Shown piece by piece: positions 38,591-48,075 of a stretch of 60,818 nucleotides of DNA. Numbering within the stretch: position 1 is the first letter of the stretch; each line of letters opens with the position of its first letter. Below the pieces are notes generated by a model. The model was not told where the DNA came from, searched no databases, and saw nothing but the letters and a program-made list of their open reading frames with translations. This stretch comes from a virus (lineage: Duplodnaviria; Caudoviricetes): positions 1 to 60,818 of IMG/VR virus record IMGVR_UViG_3300033153_010441; one strand, given 5' to 3'. The position numbers and the translations under genes were made by a program.

Positions 38591-38668
38591 TGCTGGTGGC
38601 TGGCCGAACGGCTGGGAAGGTGACGTGCTTACGTCTGGATAAGCAGCTTAACGAACTGCCCACCAGCA
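38591..38668 (+). ncRNA. tRNA-sized structured element
   Basis: 9-bp outer stem TGCTGGTGG/CCACCAGCA enclosing three hairpins. Confidence 0.45.
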
Positions 38669-38689
38669 TTTCAGCTAAGGATAATCAAA

Positions 38690-39070
38690 ATGTGCTTATT
38701 TACTGTTCATAAAAAAACTCAAACGGCAAAATCAGGATGGAAGGTTTTTGATATTTTTAAGGGACATAAGGATTATGACTATGTTTGTCCTGAGTTTTTT
38801 CGCATAGACAAGAATCAACCCATTCCCACTGAACGATGGCTTGAAGATCCTTGTGAAATGTTTCTAAAAGCAAAATCAGGAGAACTTTATAGGACCGGAT
38901 TCCATGTTTTCAAAACCAAAACACAAGCAAAGCGTTGGAAGAGTTATGGTCAAGTAGTTTGCGAAGTTTTAATTGACAACATTGTGGCAAGTGGCTTGCA
39001 AGAGGTAAGTTATAATAATAGGGCGATTGTTTTTGTTGCAAAAAAGATTTTCATAAAAAAACCATATTAA
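38690..39070 (+). CDS. Hypothetical protein
   Basis: MCL...GWKVF...YRTGFHVF pattern of a common small phage family. Confidence 0.65.
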   Translation: MCLFTVHKKTQTAKSGWKVFDIFKGHKDYDYVCPEFFRIDKNQPIPTERWLEDPCEMFLKAKSGELYRTGFHVFKTKTQAKRWKSYGQVVCEVLIDNIVASGLQEVSYNNRAIVFVAKKIFIKKPY

Positions 39071-39483
39071 TAAACAGAGTGTCCACCACCTCTGGTGGTG
39101 AGCGTATTAAGATCGAACTGAGAAGTAATGCTTCTCCCAAACCTCAATGAATTTTGCTAAGGTAATTACAGGTCTGTCACTTGTCCATTGTGAGATGGAT
39201 GTTAGAAATTTTAACGATTAACCCTCAATTAAAGTTGTTTGGAGGCCGCATGCTGAAGGGATGTAACTGTGAATTTACACTTAAAAACCCAACCACCCTA
39301 CCCCGGCTTCGCGGCACGATTCGTAGTATTGATGTTCCACGCAATCGTGCATGGGTCACCACGTCGGGCAATGACACCTTTTGTGTTCCGCTCCGCTGCA
39401 TCCGGCCCTTCCGGGCCAAGCAGCCGATGCGTAAAACTGACACGCAATCACAGTTGTGATGGGGGTCTAACACAAAATTCCAT

Positions 39484-39512
39484 TTGACATTAGATGGAAC
39501 AATGTGTACAAT
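39484..39512 (+). promoter_or_regulatory. sigma70 promoter upstream of wHTH and replication genes
   Basis: TTGACA-17 bp-TACAAT with extended -10 TG. Confidence 0.75.
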
Positions 39513-39547
39513 GCCCCTGGACATTATACTAAAAATAAGGGGGCTAC

Positions 39548-39913
39548 ATGAAGGAAGATGTAAAGAAACTGGCGTGGCTGGCCAGCTTCGTTGGGCTGGC
39601 TCGGCAGGAATTGGGTGACATCAGTCTCAGTCAGCTTGCAGTGCTGCTGAAAATCATGAGTAATGAAGGTATCACTCAACCTGAGCTAATGGATCAATTT
39701 AACATCCACCAAGGATCACTCAGCCGGATCGTCGGAAAACTGGGTTACTACATGGCCCGGCGGTCCGATGGTGGGTTTGACCGCCGGGGCCGGGGGTTGG
39801 TTGAAAACCGAATGGACACCCGTATTGACACCCGGCGCAATGCGGTCTTTCTGACCGAGAAGGGCAAGCAACTTAGGGATCTATTCTTTTCAACCTTTAA
39901 ACAATTAGAATAG
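39548..39913 (+). CDS. MarR-like winged-helix DNA-binding protein
   Basis: SLSQLAVLLKI..NEGITQPEL...QGSLSRIVGKL...DTRRNAVFLTEKGK. Confidence 0.85.
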   Translation: MKEDVKKLAWLASFVGLARQELGDISLSQLAVLLKIMSNEGITQPELMDQFNIHQGSLSRIVGKLGYYMARRSDGGFDRRGRGLVENRMDTRIDTRRNAVFLTEKGKQLRDLFFSTFKQLE

Positions 39914-39923
39914 GGAGAATAGG

Positions 39924-40175
39924 ATGGAATGTATCTTGTGTCCAGGAGAACTTAATGAAATGCGACTCGCCCTTGATGGGGGAGTCTTTTTATCCTTTCT
40001 CGATATGGAAAAATGCTGTCCTGGCGCAAACTTATCTCCAGAGCAGCAAGACCAACTGCTCCAGTATAAATCATCTTTTGAAACACTTGTGAGAGAGGTG
40101 GTAAATTGGTGTGAACAACAAGAAATATTTCAGTCCGACCCTGGCTGTTGGGGCTTCCCAGCGCTGGGTGCATGA
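39924..40175 (+). CDS. Hypothetical protein
   Basis: GGAG RBS; overlaps the primase 5' end. Confidence 0.45.
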   Translation: MECILCPGELNEMRLALDGGVFLSFLDMEKCCPGANLSPEQQDQLLQYKSSFETLVREVVNWCEQQEIFQSDPGCWGFPALGA

Positions 40176-40905
40176 GGAATGTAGTGCTGGAAAAGACCCA
40201 GCCCTGGTAGTAACACGCTATCCAACAGGCTGGGCATTTTTATGTCATAGGTGCGGCTGGAAAGGTTGGCAGCCCATTAAAGGGCTGCCACCTGACCAGA
40301 CAATCAAATTACTGAAGCAGACTCAACAAAATAATACACAACAAAAAGGTAGTCTGAAGTTACCCGATGACGTAACGCCCATTCTTCCACCAGAGTGTTG
40401 GGCGTGGTTAATGCAATACGATATTACCGAGGACGAGGCGCGACGCTATCGCTTTTGTTACAGCCCGCGCCTCACATCATTAATCCTACCGATTTACCGG
40501 GAAAACAGGCTTATCTATTATCAAGCCCGGTCTTTTGGGCCGGGCAATAAACAAAAATACCTGAATGTAAAGGGACGCGCCAGGGGGCGCGTCTTTTTTG
40601 TGGCGGATAAAATCCGGGATGACGATCGCCGGGTGGTCCTGGTGGAAGATATTGTTAGTGCTATTAAAGTCAACCGGGTCACCAATGCCATGGCCTTGCT
40701 CTATTCGCATATCCCCATGGATCTGGTGATCAAGTTAATAAAACGTAATCGTGACGTCATTATTTGGCTGGATCATGATAAACAACATGTGGCACTACGT
40801 TGTGTGAGTAAAGCACGGTCGTGGGGTTACCCTGTGCGGATGATTGATACACCAGCAGATCCGAAGTGTTATGACCCGGAAGCTATCGAAAAAATTTTAT
40901 CCTAA
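40111..40905 (+). CDS. DNA primase (zinc-binding plus TOPRIM)
   Basis: HEEC...CHRC; YQARSF...KYL; VLVEDIVSA, WLDHD, DPK. Confidence 0.88.
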   Translation: MNNKKYFSPTLAVGASQRWVHEECSAGKDPALVVTRYPTGWAFLCHRCGWKGWQPIKGLPPDQTIKLLKQTQQNNTQQKGSLKLPDDVTPILPPECWAWLMQYDITEDEARRYRFCYSPRLTSLILPIYRENRLIYYQARSFGPGNKQKYLNVKGRARGRVFFVADKIRDDDRRVVLVEDIVSAIKVNRVTNAMALLYSHIPMDLVIKLIKRNRDVIIWLDHDKQHVALRCVSKARSWGYPVRMIDTPADPKCYDPEAIEKILS

Positions 40906-40931
40906 CCTATGCCGAAAGGGATTGTATTACT

Positions 40932-41249
40932 ATGACCACTTTTAATTTAAGGGATGATGATTCAGGTTATCAATTTCTCACTGCCCTGTTTCAGCTTCGC
41001 TGGGTAGAAAAACAGGAGGGTGAGATGACGTTTCATATTGGACAACGATTTTACCATGACCAGGATGTGTATATTCTGGCGCAGGTCATGCCACTGCGGG
41101 TTGCTCTAATCAATCTACAGACAGGTAATCGCTGGAGTGATCCAGTGGCAGTACAGAATGTTCAGGCAATAACTTCTGAGGAGTTAGAGTATATCATGGC
41201 TGGAAATATTACATCTTTTTCTCTCATCTTTAAAGGAGTCGAAGAATAA
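40932..41249 (+). CDS. Hypothetical protein
   Basis: YILAQV...LINLQTGNRW motif. Confidence 0.6.
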   Translation: MTTFNLRDDDSGYQFLTALFQLRWVEKQEGEMTFHIGQRFYHDQDVYILAQVMPLRVALINLQTGNRWSDPVAVQNVQAITSEELEYIMAGNITSFSLIFKGVEE

Positions 41250-41548
41250 TGCAGGAATGTAATAAGTGTGCGAGTCAAACATGTAATTTTCACGCATCTG
41301 AAAATCGAACAGCTTATTATGGATTGGGTTGTGTTATCCATCGTGATGCACCCCCCAAAATGTTCGATGGCGTGGATATGTCAAGCCGTTGTAAAAATTA
41401 TGTTCCTCTGCCCCGTCTTAGGCGCAGCCTCCTTGAAGCTGCAATGTCGTCTTCATCTACCAGTAATGATGCTGTGGTTACACTACTCCGTCGTTTTTGT
41501 TTGATCAAAGCATTTCAAAAACAGTTGGTGAAGCTAAATCGTGAGTGA
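41249..41548 (+). CDS. Hypothetical Cys-containing protein
   Basis: Coupled to neighbours by overlapping start/stop. Confidence 0.55.
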   Translation: MQECNKCASQTCNFHASENRTAYYGLGCVIHRDAPPKMFDGVDMSSRCKNYVPLPRLRRSLLEAAMSSSSTSNDAVVTLLRRFCLIKAFQKQLVKLNRE

Positions 41549-42788
41549 CCTGACGATCTTGCGTGGGCTTCTCAGCCGGGAGTATTTCGACAACTTCGCA
41601 GACCTTCTCCAGCGACTACCGACGCTTGAGTACGAAACACGTACAATCCTGAAAGCAATTAGTGATTACTACCAGGAGTATCCTGATGCTACTGGTTTGT
41701 CGCCGGATGAGTTGCGTGTTTGGTTTTGGGCGCGGAATAAAACAATCCGAGGGCGCGAAACGTACGAGGTACTCCTGGCTGAGATTAAGTCCCTTGAAAT
41801 AACTAATACAGACCTGCTTCGACAGGAGTTAGTTAAAACTGCTGAGAGGCATTTAGCCACCGAGTTTTCCCAGGAGCTACTCAAAGTTATTGAAGGCCAG
41901 CAATCTCTGCGAGAGGTGCTGGCTCAATTTAATGAGACATTTACCAAACGTATCGGTGAGGTTGAAGAAGCTTCAAACGATCCGCTGAAATGTTTGGTGC
42001 GTGCCCCTGACACGGTGGAAGAGCTGCTCGCAGCAACTAAAATCGAGGGGCCACTGTGGCCAATTAAATTTCTTAATGACACAATCGGCCCAATTGCCGG
42101 TGGCAGTTTGGGTCATATTTTTGCGCCTCCAGAGACAGGAAAGACAAGCTTTGCTGCAGCTGTTGCCGCATACTGTGCCTACCAGTATCGCAACGATCCT
42201 CACACTATTTTATATATGGGGAATGAAGAGAAGATTGAAACACAGAAGCTGCGTTGTACGATCAGCCTTATTGGTAAACCCCATGAATGGATATTGGCTA
42301 ATCCAAAAGAGGCAACTGAATTGTTCGTTGCTAAAGGTGGTAAAAACTTAATTTTCTATGGGGAACTACCCAGTGTTGATTTGGTTGAGGTGGCGGTTGA
42401 TAAGCACAATCCCACCCTTGTTCTGCTGGATCAGAGTGTGAAACTATCCTTGGGCCGCAGGGGCACCAGCGAGATGGCGAAGCATGAAAGATTAGCTGCC
42501 ATCTATAATAGATTACGGACCCTTGCAACGCACACAGGTACACGTATCCTTGGCGTCGGTCAAGCTGACAATAATGCTGCCAACAAGAAGTGGCTTAGTC
42601 TTCATAACATGGATGGTAGCAAAGTTGGTCTACCAGGGGAATTAGACTACGCAATTGGCATCGGTCGTGTTGATGATCCAGCACGAAAAACTCTACGATA
42701 TTTTAATATTTGCAAAAACAAACTCCGTGGCATCCAGGATCGGGCCACGGTCCAGTTTGATAACCAACTTGTGAGGTGGTCACAATAA
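41541..42788 (+). CDS. Replicative DnaB/SF4-type helicase
   Basis: Walker A APPETGKT, NEE, LLDQ, GQAD, GSKVG..GELD, KNKLRG. Confidence 0.9.
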   Translation: MSDLTILRGLLSREYFDNFADLLQRLPTLEYETRTILKAISDYYQEYPDATGLSPDELRVWFWARNKTIRGRETYEVLLAEIKSLEITNTDLLRQELVKTAERHLATEFSQELLKVIEGQQSLREVLAQFNETFTKRIGEVEEASNDPLKCLVRAPDTVEELLAATKIEGPLWPIKFLNDTIGPIAGGSLGHIFAPPETGKTSFAAAVAAYCAYQYRNDPHTILYMGNEEKIETQKLRCTISLIGKPHEWILANPKEATELFVAKGGKNLIFYGELPSVDLVEVAVDKHNPTLVLLDQSVKLSLGRRGTSEMAKHERLAAIYNRLRTLATHTGTRILGVGQADNNAANKKWLSLHNMDGSKVGLPGELDYAIGIGRVDDPARKTLRYFNICKNKLRGIQDRATVQFDNQLVRWSQ

Positions 42789-43006
42789 TGAAGGGAAAAA
42801 TAACGCAACTTGGCAAACTACAAATTGATTGTGCCGGGGAAATGAAGCCACAGTTTTGTCAGTATGACAAAACCAGATTGTGCGGGGATGATTGTGTGTT
42901 GTTTGGTGAGCCACGCTGGCTCGCTGTTAATGATGCAGCACTAAAGTTGTGCCAACGTGAGTATTACTTTACTAATTTTATAGATGAGCGGGGGAAACAT
43001 GAGTGA
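42788..43006 (+). CDS. Hypothetical Cys-rich protein
   Basis: FCQY...CGDDCVLF. Confidence 0.55.
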   Translation: MKGKITQLGKLQIDCAGEMKPQFCQYDKTRLCGDDCVLFGEPRWLAVNDAALKLCQREYYFTNFIDERGKHE

Positions 43007-43136
43007 ACTAAAGGTTGAGATTGTCAAAATAGAAAAAATCTTGCCGCATGATAATGCAGACAGGCTTGAAATTGCTGTTGTCAAAGGGTGGCAAGTTGTG
43101 GTTCCCATTAGAATGAAAAATGGTTATCAATCTTGA
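42999..43136 (+). pseudogene. Truncated N-terminus of a DRB0094-type RNA ligase / tRNA-binding OB domain
   Basis: Manual translation MSELKVEIVKIEKILPHDNADRLEIAVVKGWQVVVP, then stop after 45 aa. Confidence 0.7.
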
Positions 43137-43323
43137 CGAAAAACGTCCCCACGTGGTCCTTCCGGGCCTATCAGCCGTTCATGTTGTCCCGCTACAACTG
43201 TTGCAGCGAATGGCAACCTGGGGAATAAAGGTCAGCGAAGTGGATGACTTTGACGACTTTATCCCGCTGATCATCAGGGAGTGGCTTGAAATAAAAAGGA
43301 AAGAGGATAGTCATTATGGATAA
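43120..43323 (+). CDS. Hypothetical protein
   Basis: VINLDEKRPH N-terminus; co-oriented. Confidence 0.55.
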   Translation: MVINLDEKRPHVVLPGLSAVHVVPLQLLQRMATWGIKVSEVDDFDDFIPLIIREWLEIKRKEDSHYG

Positions 43324-43810
43324 ACAAACAGTTTATCACCAAGGAGGATACATGGGCTTTTACACTCGTATTAAAAACGATTTACTGGAAATTAAAAACC
43401 GGAGGGGGTTACGACGAAGGGTTTCTGTTGATGCCGTAGCGTTACGGGAACTACTTGACGACTATGAAAGACTTGACTCGGCGGCCAGGGCGCATCATGT
43501 AGTTGCTGGAAACTATGCGCCGTTGGAATTGATTCTTAGTGAGACACTACGAGCCTTGTACCATAAGAATCATGATAGCGAAAGGCTGATGCTGCTCGTC
43601 ATGGAAATTCTAAAGTCGATGATTGAGGAGCGGGTTAAGCGGTGCAGCGTTGCGGCCACCACAGCTTCGGAGATGGAGGCTGCCCCGAAAGACTGCGGTT
43701 TTGCCAACATGCCCACCAAACCCATCGACAAAAAGAAGCTTGACGAGGCGATACAATCCCTTAGCCGCCGGGGGCGTGAAAGCCCCCCGGCAGAAAGGAA
43801 AGGCCAATGA
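43316..43810 (+). CDS. Hypothetical protein
   Basis: Co-oriented ORF with RBS. Confidence 0.55.
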   Translation: MDKQTVYHQGGYMGFYTRIKNDLLEIKNRRGLRRRVSVDAVALRELLDDYERLDSAARAHHVVAGNYAPLELILSETLRALYHKNHDSERLMLLVMEILKSMIEERVKRCSVAATTASEMEAAPKDCGFANMPTKPIDKKKLDEAIQSLSRRGRESPPAERKGQ

Positions 43811-43874
43811 AACTCGCCCGAGCCCCGATGCCGGTCGTGGAGAATGAGCAATAAAGAAGGTCGATAATAACGCT

Positions 43875-44013
43875 TTGCTGGCGGCGGCGTGGAAAATCGC
43901 AGACACGCATAGCGCGGGGCGCTCTCGACGGACGGCATGGCAGACGTGCCTAAGCCACCGCTTTTGAATATCGAGCAAACCTATAGCCAGATTAGCGACT
44001 GGCCTGCCAGCAA
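43875..44013 (+). ncRNA. tRNA-like cloverleaf RNA with expanded central arm
   Basis: TTGCTGGC/GCCAGCAA outer stem, GCGTG/CACGC D-like arm, GCCAG/CTGGC T-like arm. Confidence 0.55.
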
Positions 44014-44030
44014 GACTAAAAGGAATCACC

Positions 44031-44543
44031 ATGAAAAAGTTATCCGAACAAGAAATTGAAGATGCGTTAGAATTTTGGAATAGTGATATTGATTTTCATG
44101 CCTTGCGGGAACAGGCTCTGGAGTACCAACTCCTGGTTCAAGATCACGACACTCTAACTGAAGATTATGAAGAGTTATACAAAAAACTGGAGTGGTACAA
44201 GGACAAGCATCGTAAAGCACTTCGTCATGCCCAGTATTGTGGCGATCAGTGGGAATATTATGAAAATCATGCTGATCAACTTGCAGTAATAGCAGATGCA
44301 CTGGCTTCCGATGTTTTAGGGAGGTTTGATATGGAGAAAATATATAAGATTGAAGAAAGGGATAGTGAGTACAACGGTGTACATAAATACCGATTTTATA
44401 GCCTTTATAATGGCACGAGAGGGGCTTGGAGTTATCGGAAAGAAAATGCCATTAAAGAAGGTGAAATTCACCAAAAAATAATATTATCATTGCATACACA
44501 TAACCAGCCGTTTGAACCAACTAATACTGGCAGCTTGGCTTAG
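44031..44543 (+). CDS. Hypothetical protein, probably a fusion of two ORFs
   Basis: Contains 41-aa block shared with 27094-27321; in-frame internal GGAGG plus ATG at 44331. Confidence 0.6.
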   Translation: MKKLSEQEIEDALEFWNSDIDFHALREQALEYQLLVQDHDTLTEDYEELYKKLEWYKDKHRKALRHAQYCGDQWEYYENHADQLAVIADALASDVLGRFDMEKIYKIEERDSEYNGVHKYRFYSLYNGTRGAWSYRKENAIKEGEIHQKIILSLHTHNQPFEPTNTGSLA

Positions 44544-44623
44544 ACGTTATTTTTTTTAAGAAGAAAAGTTATGGGACAATGAGGAACGTTGAGGATAAAA
44601 CCACTTCAAGAAAGGATAAAAAC

Positions 44624-45091
44624 ATGAATACAGAGCTTGAAGTTTTAACTGACATTTTGCGACATATTTCCGAGGTTGCAGAAAACCTTGCTACTATAAG
44701 ATTTGATCTTGAACAACGAGGTGTTAAGCATGACAGATCAAAGCTGGAAGAATTTGAATTTGATGCCTTTGTGAAAACAAGGCCAAAATTCAAAAAAGCC
44801 AATTACGGCAGCCCTGAATATCAAGAGTGCGTTGACGTAATCAAACCTGCTATTGACCATCATTATCAAAACAACAGACACCATACTACATTTCATGAAG
44901 GCGGGTTTGCTGACATGAATCTACTGGATATTCTGGAAATGCTGGCAGACTGGAAAGCGGCAAGTAGGCGAAGCCCAAACCTTTCCTTTGAAGATTCTTT
45001 GCCTAAGGCGTTCGAAAAATACCATATTCCTGAAAATATGCAAAAACATATTATCGCCACGCTTGATTATCTTGGGTGGCTTGATGAATAG
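44624..45091 (+). CDS. DUF5662-like HD-type protein
   Basis: KHDRSK...HHYQNNRHH...MNLLDILEMLADW. Confidence 0.8.
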   Translation: MNTELEVLTDILRHISEVAENLATIRFDLEQRGVKHDRSKLEEFEFDAFVKTRPKFKKANYGSPEYQECVDVIKPAIDHHYQNNRHHTTFHEGGFADMNLLDILEMLADWKAASRRSPNLSFEDSLPKAFEKYHIPENMQKHIIATLDYLGWLDE

Positions 45092-45097
45092 GAAAGC

Positions 45098-45481
45098 ATG
45101 CTGACGGAGCGAATCATGACAGACGAAGAGGCGATTAAGGCCAGGATCAGGGAGCTTGAGGCCGAAAACGAAAAGCTGCGTGAAGAGGCCACCTCACTTC
45201 TCGACAAACGACATGCAGAGATTGATGCCATAGAGCAACGCGCCGAGCGAGCCGAAGCCAAGCTGCGAGAATTAGCTGAAGCTGCGGTATGGCGGGCTGA
45301 ATGTCTTGAAGCTGCAGACCATTGTTTTATGCAACGTAATACTTTTGTTTATTCAAAAAAGGATATTTGGAAAAGAAGCTTTTGGGAAAGGTGGAACAGA
45401 TCCTATCGGCACAGCACTAAACTATTTAAACAAGCCAACGCTGATTATCAGGCCGCGCTCAAGGCGGCGATAGGAGAATAA
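45098..45481 (+). CDS. Hypothetical coiled-coil protein
   Basis: ELEAENEKL, RAERAEAKL. Confidence 0.6.
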   Translation: MLTERIMTDEEAIKARIRELEAENEKLREEATSLLDKRHAEIDAIEQRAERAEAKLRELAEAAVWRAECLEAADHCFMQRNTFVYSKKDIWKRSFWERWNRSYRHSTKLFKQANADYQAALKAAIGE

Positions 45482-45594
45482 CATGAACCCGAGTAGAAAA
45501 AAAGTAATTGGAACGAACAAAGTAGAAGAATACTATTGGGCAGGAGAAATGGTTGTGTATGTTAATAACTATTTAGTGGACGAAAGTTTCGAGG

Positions 45595-46011
45595 ATGCTT
45601 GTAAAAGTTTGCTATCAAATGAAACAACGACGAGCGGAGAACAACATGAAAACCCCTGAAGCCACCATGCGCCAACGGGCGTTAGAGATTCTTGAAGAAG
45701 CATCTAAAAACTGTCCGTACTTTACAATCCTCCTAAGAGAGAAAATAGAGGTTTGTGACAAGGTTGTGGAAGCCCTTAAGAAAGGACACCGTGTTATACG
45801 TTTATGTCCATTTCCAGAGTATACTGTTTCAGGGTACGACGGATTTTGTAGTACTTGTAACTATTTCTGCCAAAACACCAGGGAGCCCATGTGTGGTTGT
45901 AGTCTAATAGAAAAGAAGAGAATCACTTTAAATCAGGCGATCAATGGTATTAGAATTTTTAAGAATGTTATGAAAAGATATTTGGAAAAAAACGGTGAAG
46001 ACTCCTGGTGA
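45595..46011 (+). CDS. Hypothetical Cys-rich protein
   Basis: Co-oriented ORF; true start may be downstream (MKTPEA). Confidence 0.5.
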   Translation: MLVKVCYQMKQRRAENNMKTPEATMRQRALEILEEASKNCPYFTILLREKIEVCDKVVEALKKGHRVIRLCPFPEYTVSGYDGFCSTCNYFCQNTREPMCGCSLIEKKRITLNQAINGIRIFKNVMKRYLEKNGEDSW

Positions 46012-46038
46012 GGGAGGCAACCAGACAAATACAACCAT

Positions 46039-48075
46039 GTGTCAGCAAAACAAACGGAAATTAACCCAATGAAAAGTTGTTTTCTGGATGTTGAAACAAG
46101 TGTTGCTCCTGCTCATCGCCCATGGTGCCGTGATTCTTTTCTCGTAAACATACATACCAGTGATGAAACAGGTAATAACAAGCGAACGTGGTGGTTTTAT
46201 CACCGTGAGTTATCTCCTGTGGATCAACACAAGCTGGTATTGGAGCTTCAAGAATACCTGAACCAATTTGACCGGCTGGTTGGTCATAACCTTAAGTTTG
46301 ATGTGCAGTGGCTATGGCATCTTGGTTTGAACACCAACCATCACCGATTGTTCTGCACCATGATTGCAGACTATCTGCTTCGTGGCCAAGAACAAGTATC
46401 ATATGCTCTTAATTCTTTATGTGAGCGTTATGGTGTGCCGTACAAGCTGGATCAGGTGAAGCAGTTTTGGGATGCTGGATACAACACTGACGAAATTCCC
46501 AAATCAATTCTTGATGCCTATGTTGGACAGGATGTTGACAGTACAAGGCAAATCTTTCTGAAGCAAGTGCCGTTAATCCAGCGTTATGGTTTGGCCAAGC
46601 TGGTCGGTTTACAGATGACCCTCCTGAATATCCTGGCCCGGATGGAGATGGACGGCACCCTGGTTGATCAGGATGCAATGCGTCGATACACAGAAGAAAC
46701 ACGACAGAGGTTGGTTGATCTTGAGGAACAGTTGTTTGATTTGTTCGGCCAGCGATTCAATTTGGGAAGCGGTGACGAGTTATCAGCACATCTTTATGGT
46801 GGTGTTGTTAAGGTTCCCGGTAAGGAACGATTTGTCACAACAAAAAAATGTAAATATCGTGAGCCATATATTTTTACTTATAAAGACGGTCGTAAGACCG
46901 TTAAATATCGTACTCGACAATTAGACCAACTGATTGTTAAAGAACGAAACACTATCCATCAGATCGAAGTTAATGGTGTTGGGTTTAAACCACCTGATCG
47001 TAGCGAATTAAAAAAAGAAGGTTATTTCGCTACCGACAAGGGGACTATTGCTCGTCTGCGTGGAAAAACCAAGAAGCAGCGTGCTATCTTAGAAAAGTTG
47101 GGTGAACGGAGTGCCCTGGCCAAGTTGCTGGAGACGTTCGAAGGTAAGTCACCCGGCACAGGGTTGATTAACATGATTCACCCGGATGGGTGCTTACATC
47201 CATCATTTAATCAGACAGTGACCCGGACCGGCAGACTCAGCAGTTCTAATCCCAATGGCCAAAATCTTCCTCGCGGAAGTACGTCACCCATCAAGAAAGT
47301 AATTATTCCACGGCACGACTGTATTGCCAATGCAGATTTAAGCCAGCTTGAATGGCGCGTAGCTGGGGCCATGTCTGGTGACCCAGTAATTCGGGACGAA
47401 GTAATTCATGACGTGGATTGTCATGCAGATAATGCTATTCGTTTGCTGGGGGCTAATCCAGATGCAGCCAATTTCAAAGAGCTTCGTACTATTGCAAAGA
47501 TTACAACATTCCGTTTGCTCTACGGTGGCAGCGCCTGGGGGTTTTATCTCGACCCAAAAATGCCAAATTATTCTTTGAAAAAATGGCAACAAATCGTTGA
47601 GCAGTTTTACGAAAAATATTACCACCTGGGTGAATGGCAAAATAAAAACATTAAACTTGTCCAGGAACGGGGCTTTCTTCGTACACCATCCGGGCGGATT
47701 CTCAAATTTAAGAAACTGGACAAAGACGCCGCAGCGCGTCGGGGCGAACTATATAACACAAGCCAGATAAAAAATTATCCAGTACAATCTTTTGCTACAG
47801 CAGACATTACACCTCTGGCAATGAAACATATTTGGTGGAGGATTCAAAAGGCGAATCTTCGATCCAAGATAATTCTCCAGGTTCATGACTCAATGGTATT
47901 TGATGCAGTGGAAAAAGAGTTACCCAAACTGCATGAGATTTGCATTGGAACCTTTCGTGACCTGCCCCGGCTGATAGAACGCGAATGGGGATACAAATTC
48001 ACCCTGCCCCTCGATGGTGATTTTGAGGTAGGCCCAACTTATGGAGACGTGGAACCATGGAAGATGGCGGCTTAA
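46039..48075 (+). CDS. DNA polymerase, family A, with 3'-5' exonuclease
   Basis: LDVET, GHNLKFD, YVGQD; TRTGRLSSSNPNGQN, ADLSQLEWR, RTIAKITTFRLLYG, NYPVQS, QVHDS. Confidence 0.95.
   Translation: MSAKQTEINPMKSCFLDVETSVAPAHRPWCRDSFLVNIHTSDETGNNKRTWWFYHRELSPVDQHKLVLELQEYLNQFDRLVGHNLKFDVQWLWHLGLNTNHHRLFCTMIADYLLRGQEQVSYALNSLCERYGVPYKLDQVKQFWDAGYNTDEIPKSILDAYVGQDVDSTRQIFLKQVPLIQRYGLAKLVGLQMTLLNILARMEMDGTLVDQDAMRRYTEETRQRLVDLEEQLFDLFGQRFNLGSGDELSAHLYGGVVKVPGKERFVTTKKCKYREPYIFTYKDGRKTVKYRTRQLDQLIVKERNTIHQIEVNGVGFKPPDRSELKKEGYFATDKGTIARLRGKTKKQRAILEKLGERSALAKLLETFEGKSPGTGLINMIHPDGCLHPSFNQTVTRTGRLSSSNPNGQNLPRGSTSPIKKVIIPRHDCIANADLSQLEWRVAGAMSGDPVIRDEVIHDVDCHADNAIRLLGANPDAANFKELRTIAKITTFRLLYGGSAWGFYLDPKMPNYSLKKWQQIVEQFYEKYYHLGEWQNKNIKLVQERGFLRTPSGRILKFKKLDKDAAARRGELYNTSQIKNYPVQSFATADITPLAMKHIWWRIQKANLRSKIILQVHDSMVFDAVEKELPKLHEICIGTFRDLPRLIEREWGYKFTLPLDGDFEVGPTYGDVEPWKMAA

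Noticed and set aside
27115-44309. Diversity-generating retroelement template/variable repeat pair
   Set aside because: No reverse transcriptase; differences are mostly synonymous third positions rather than adenine-specific diversification
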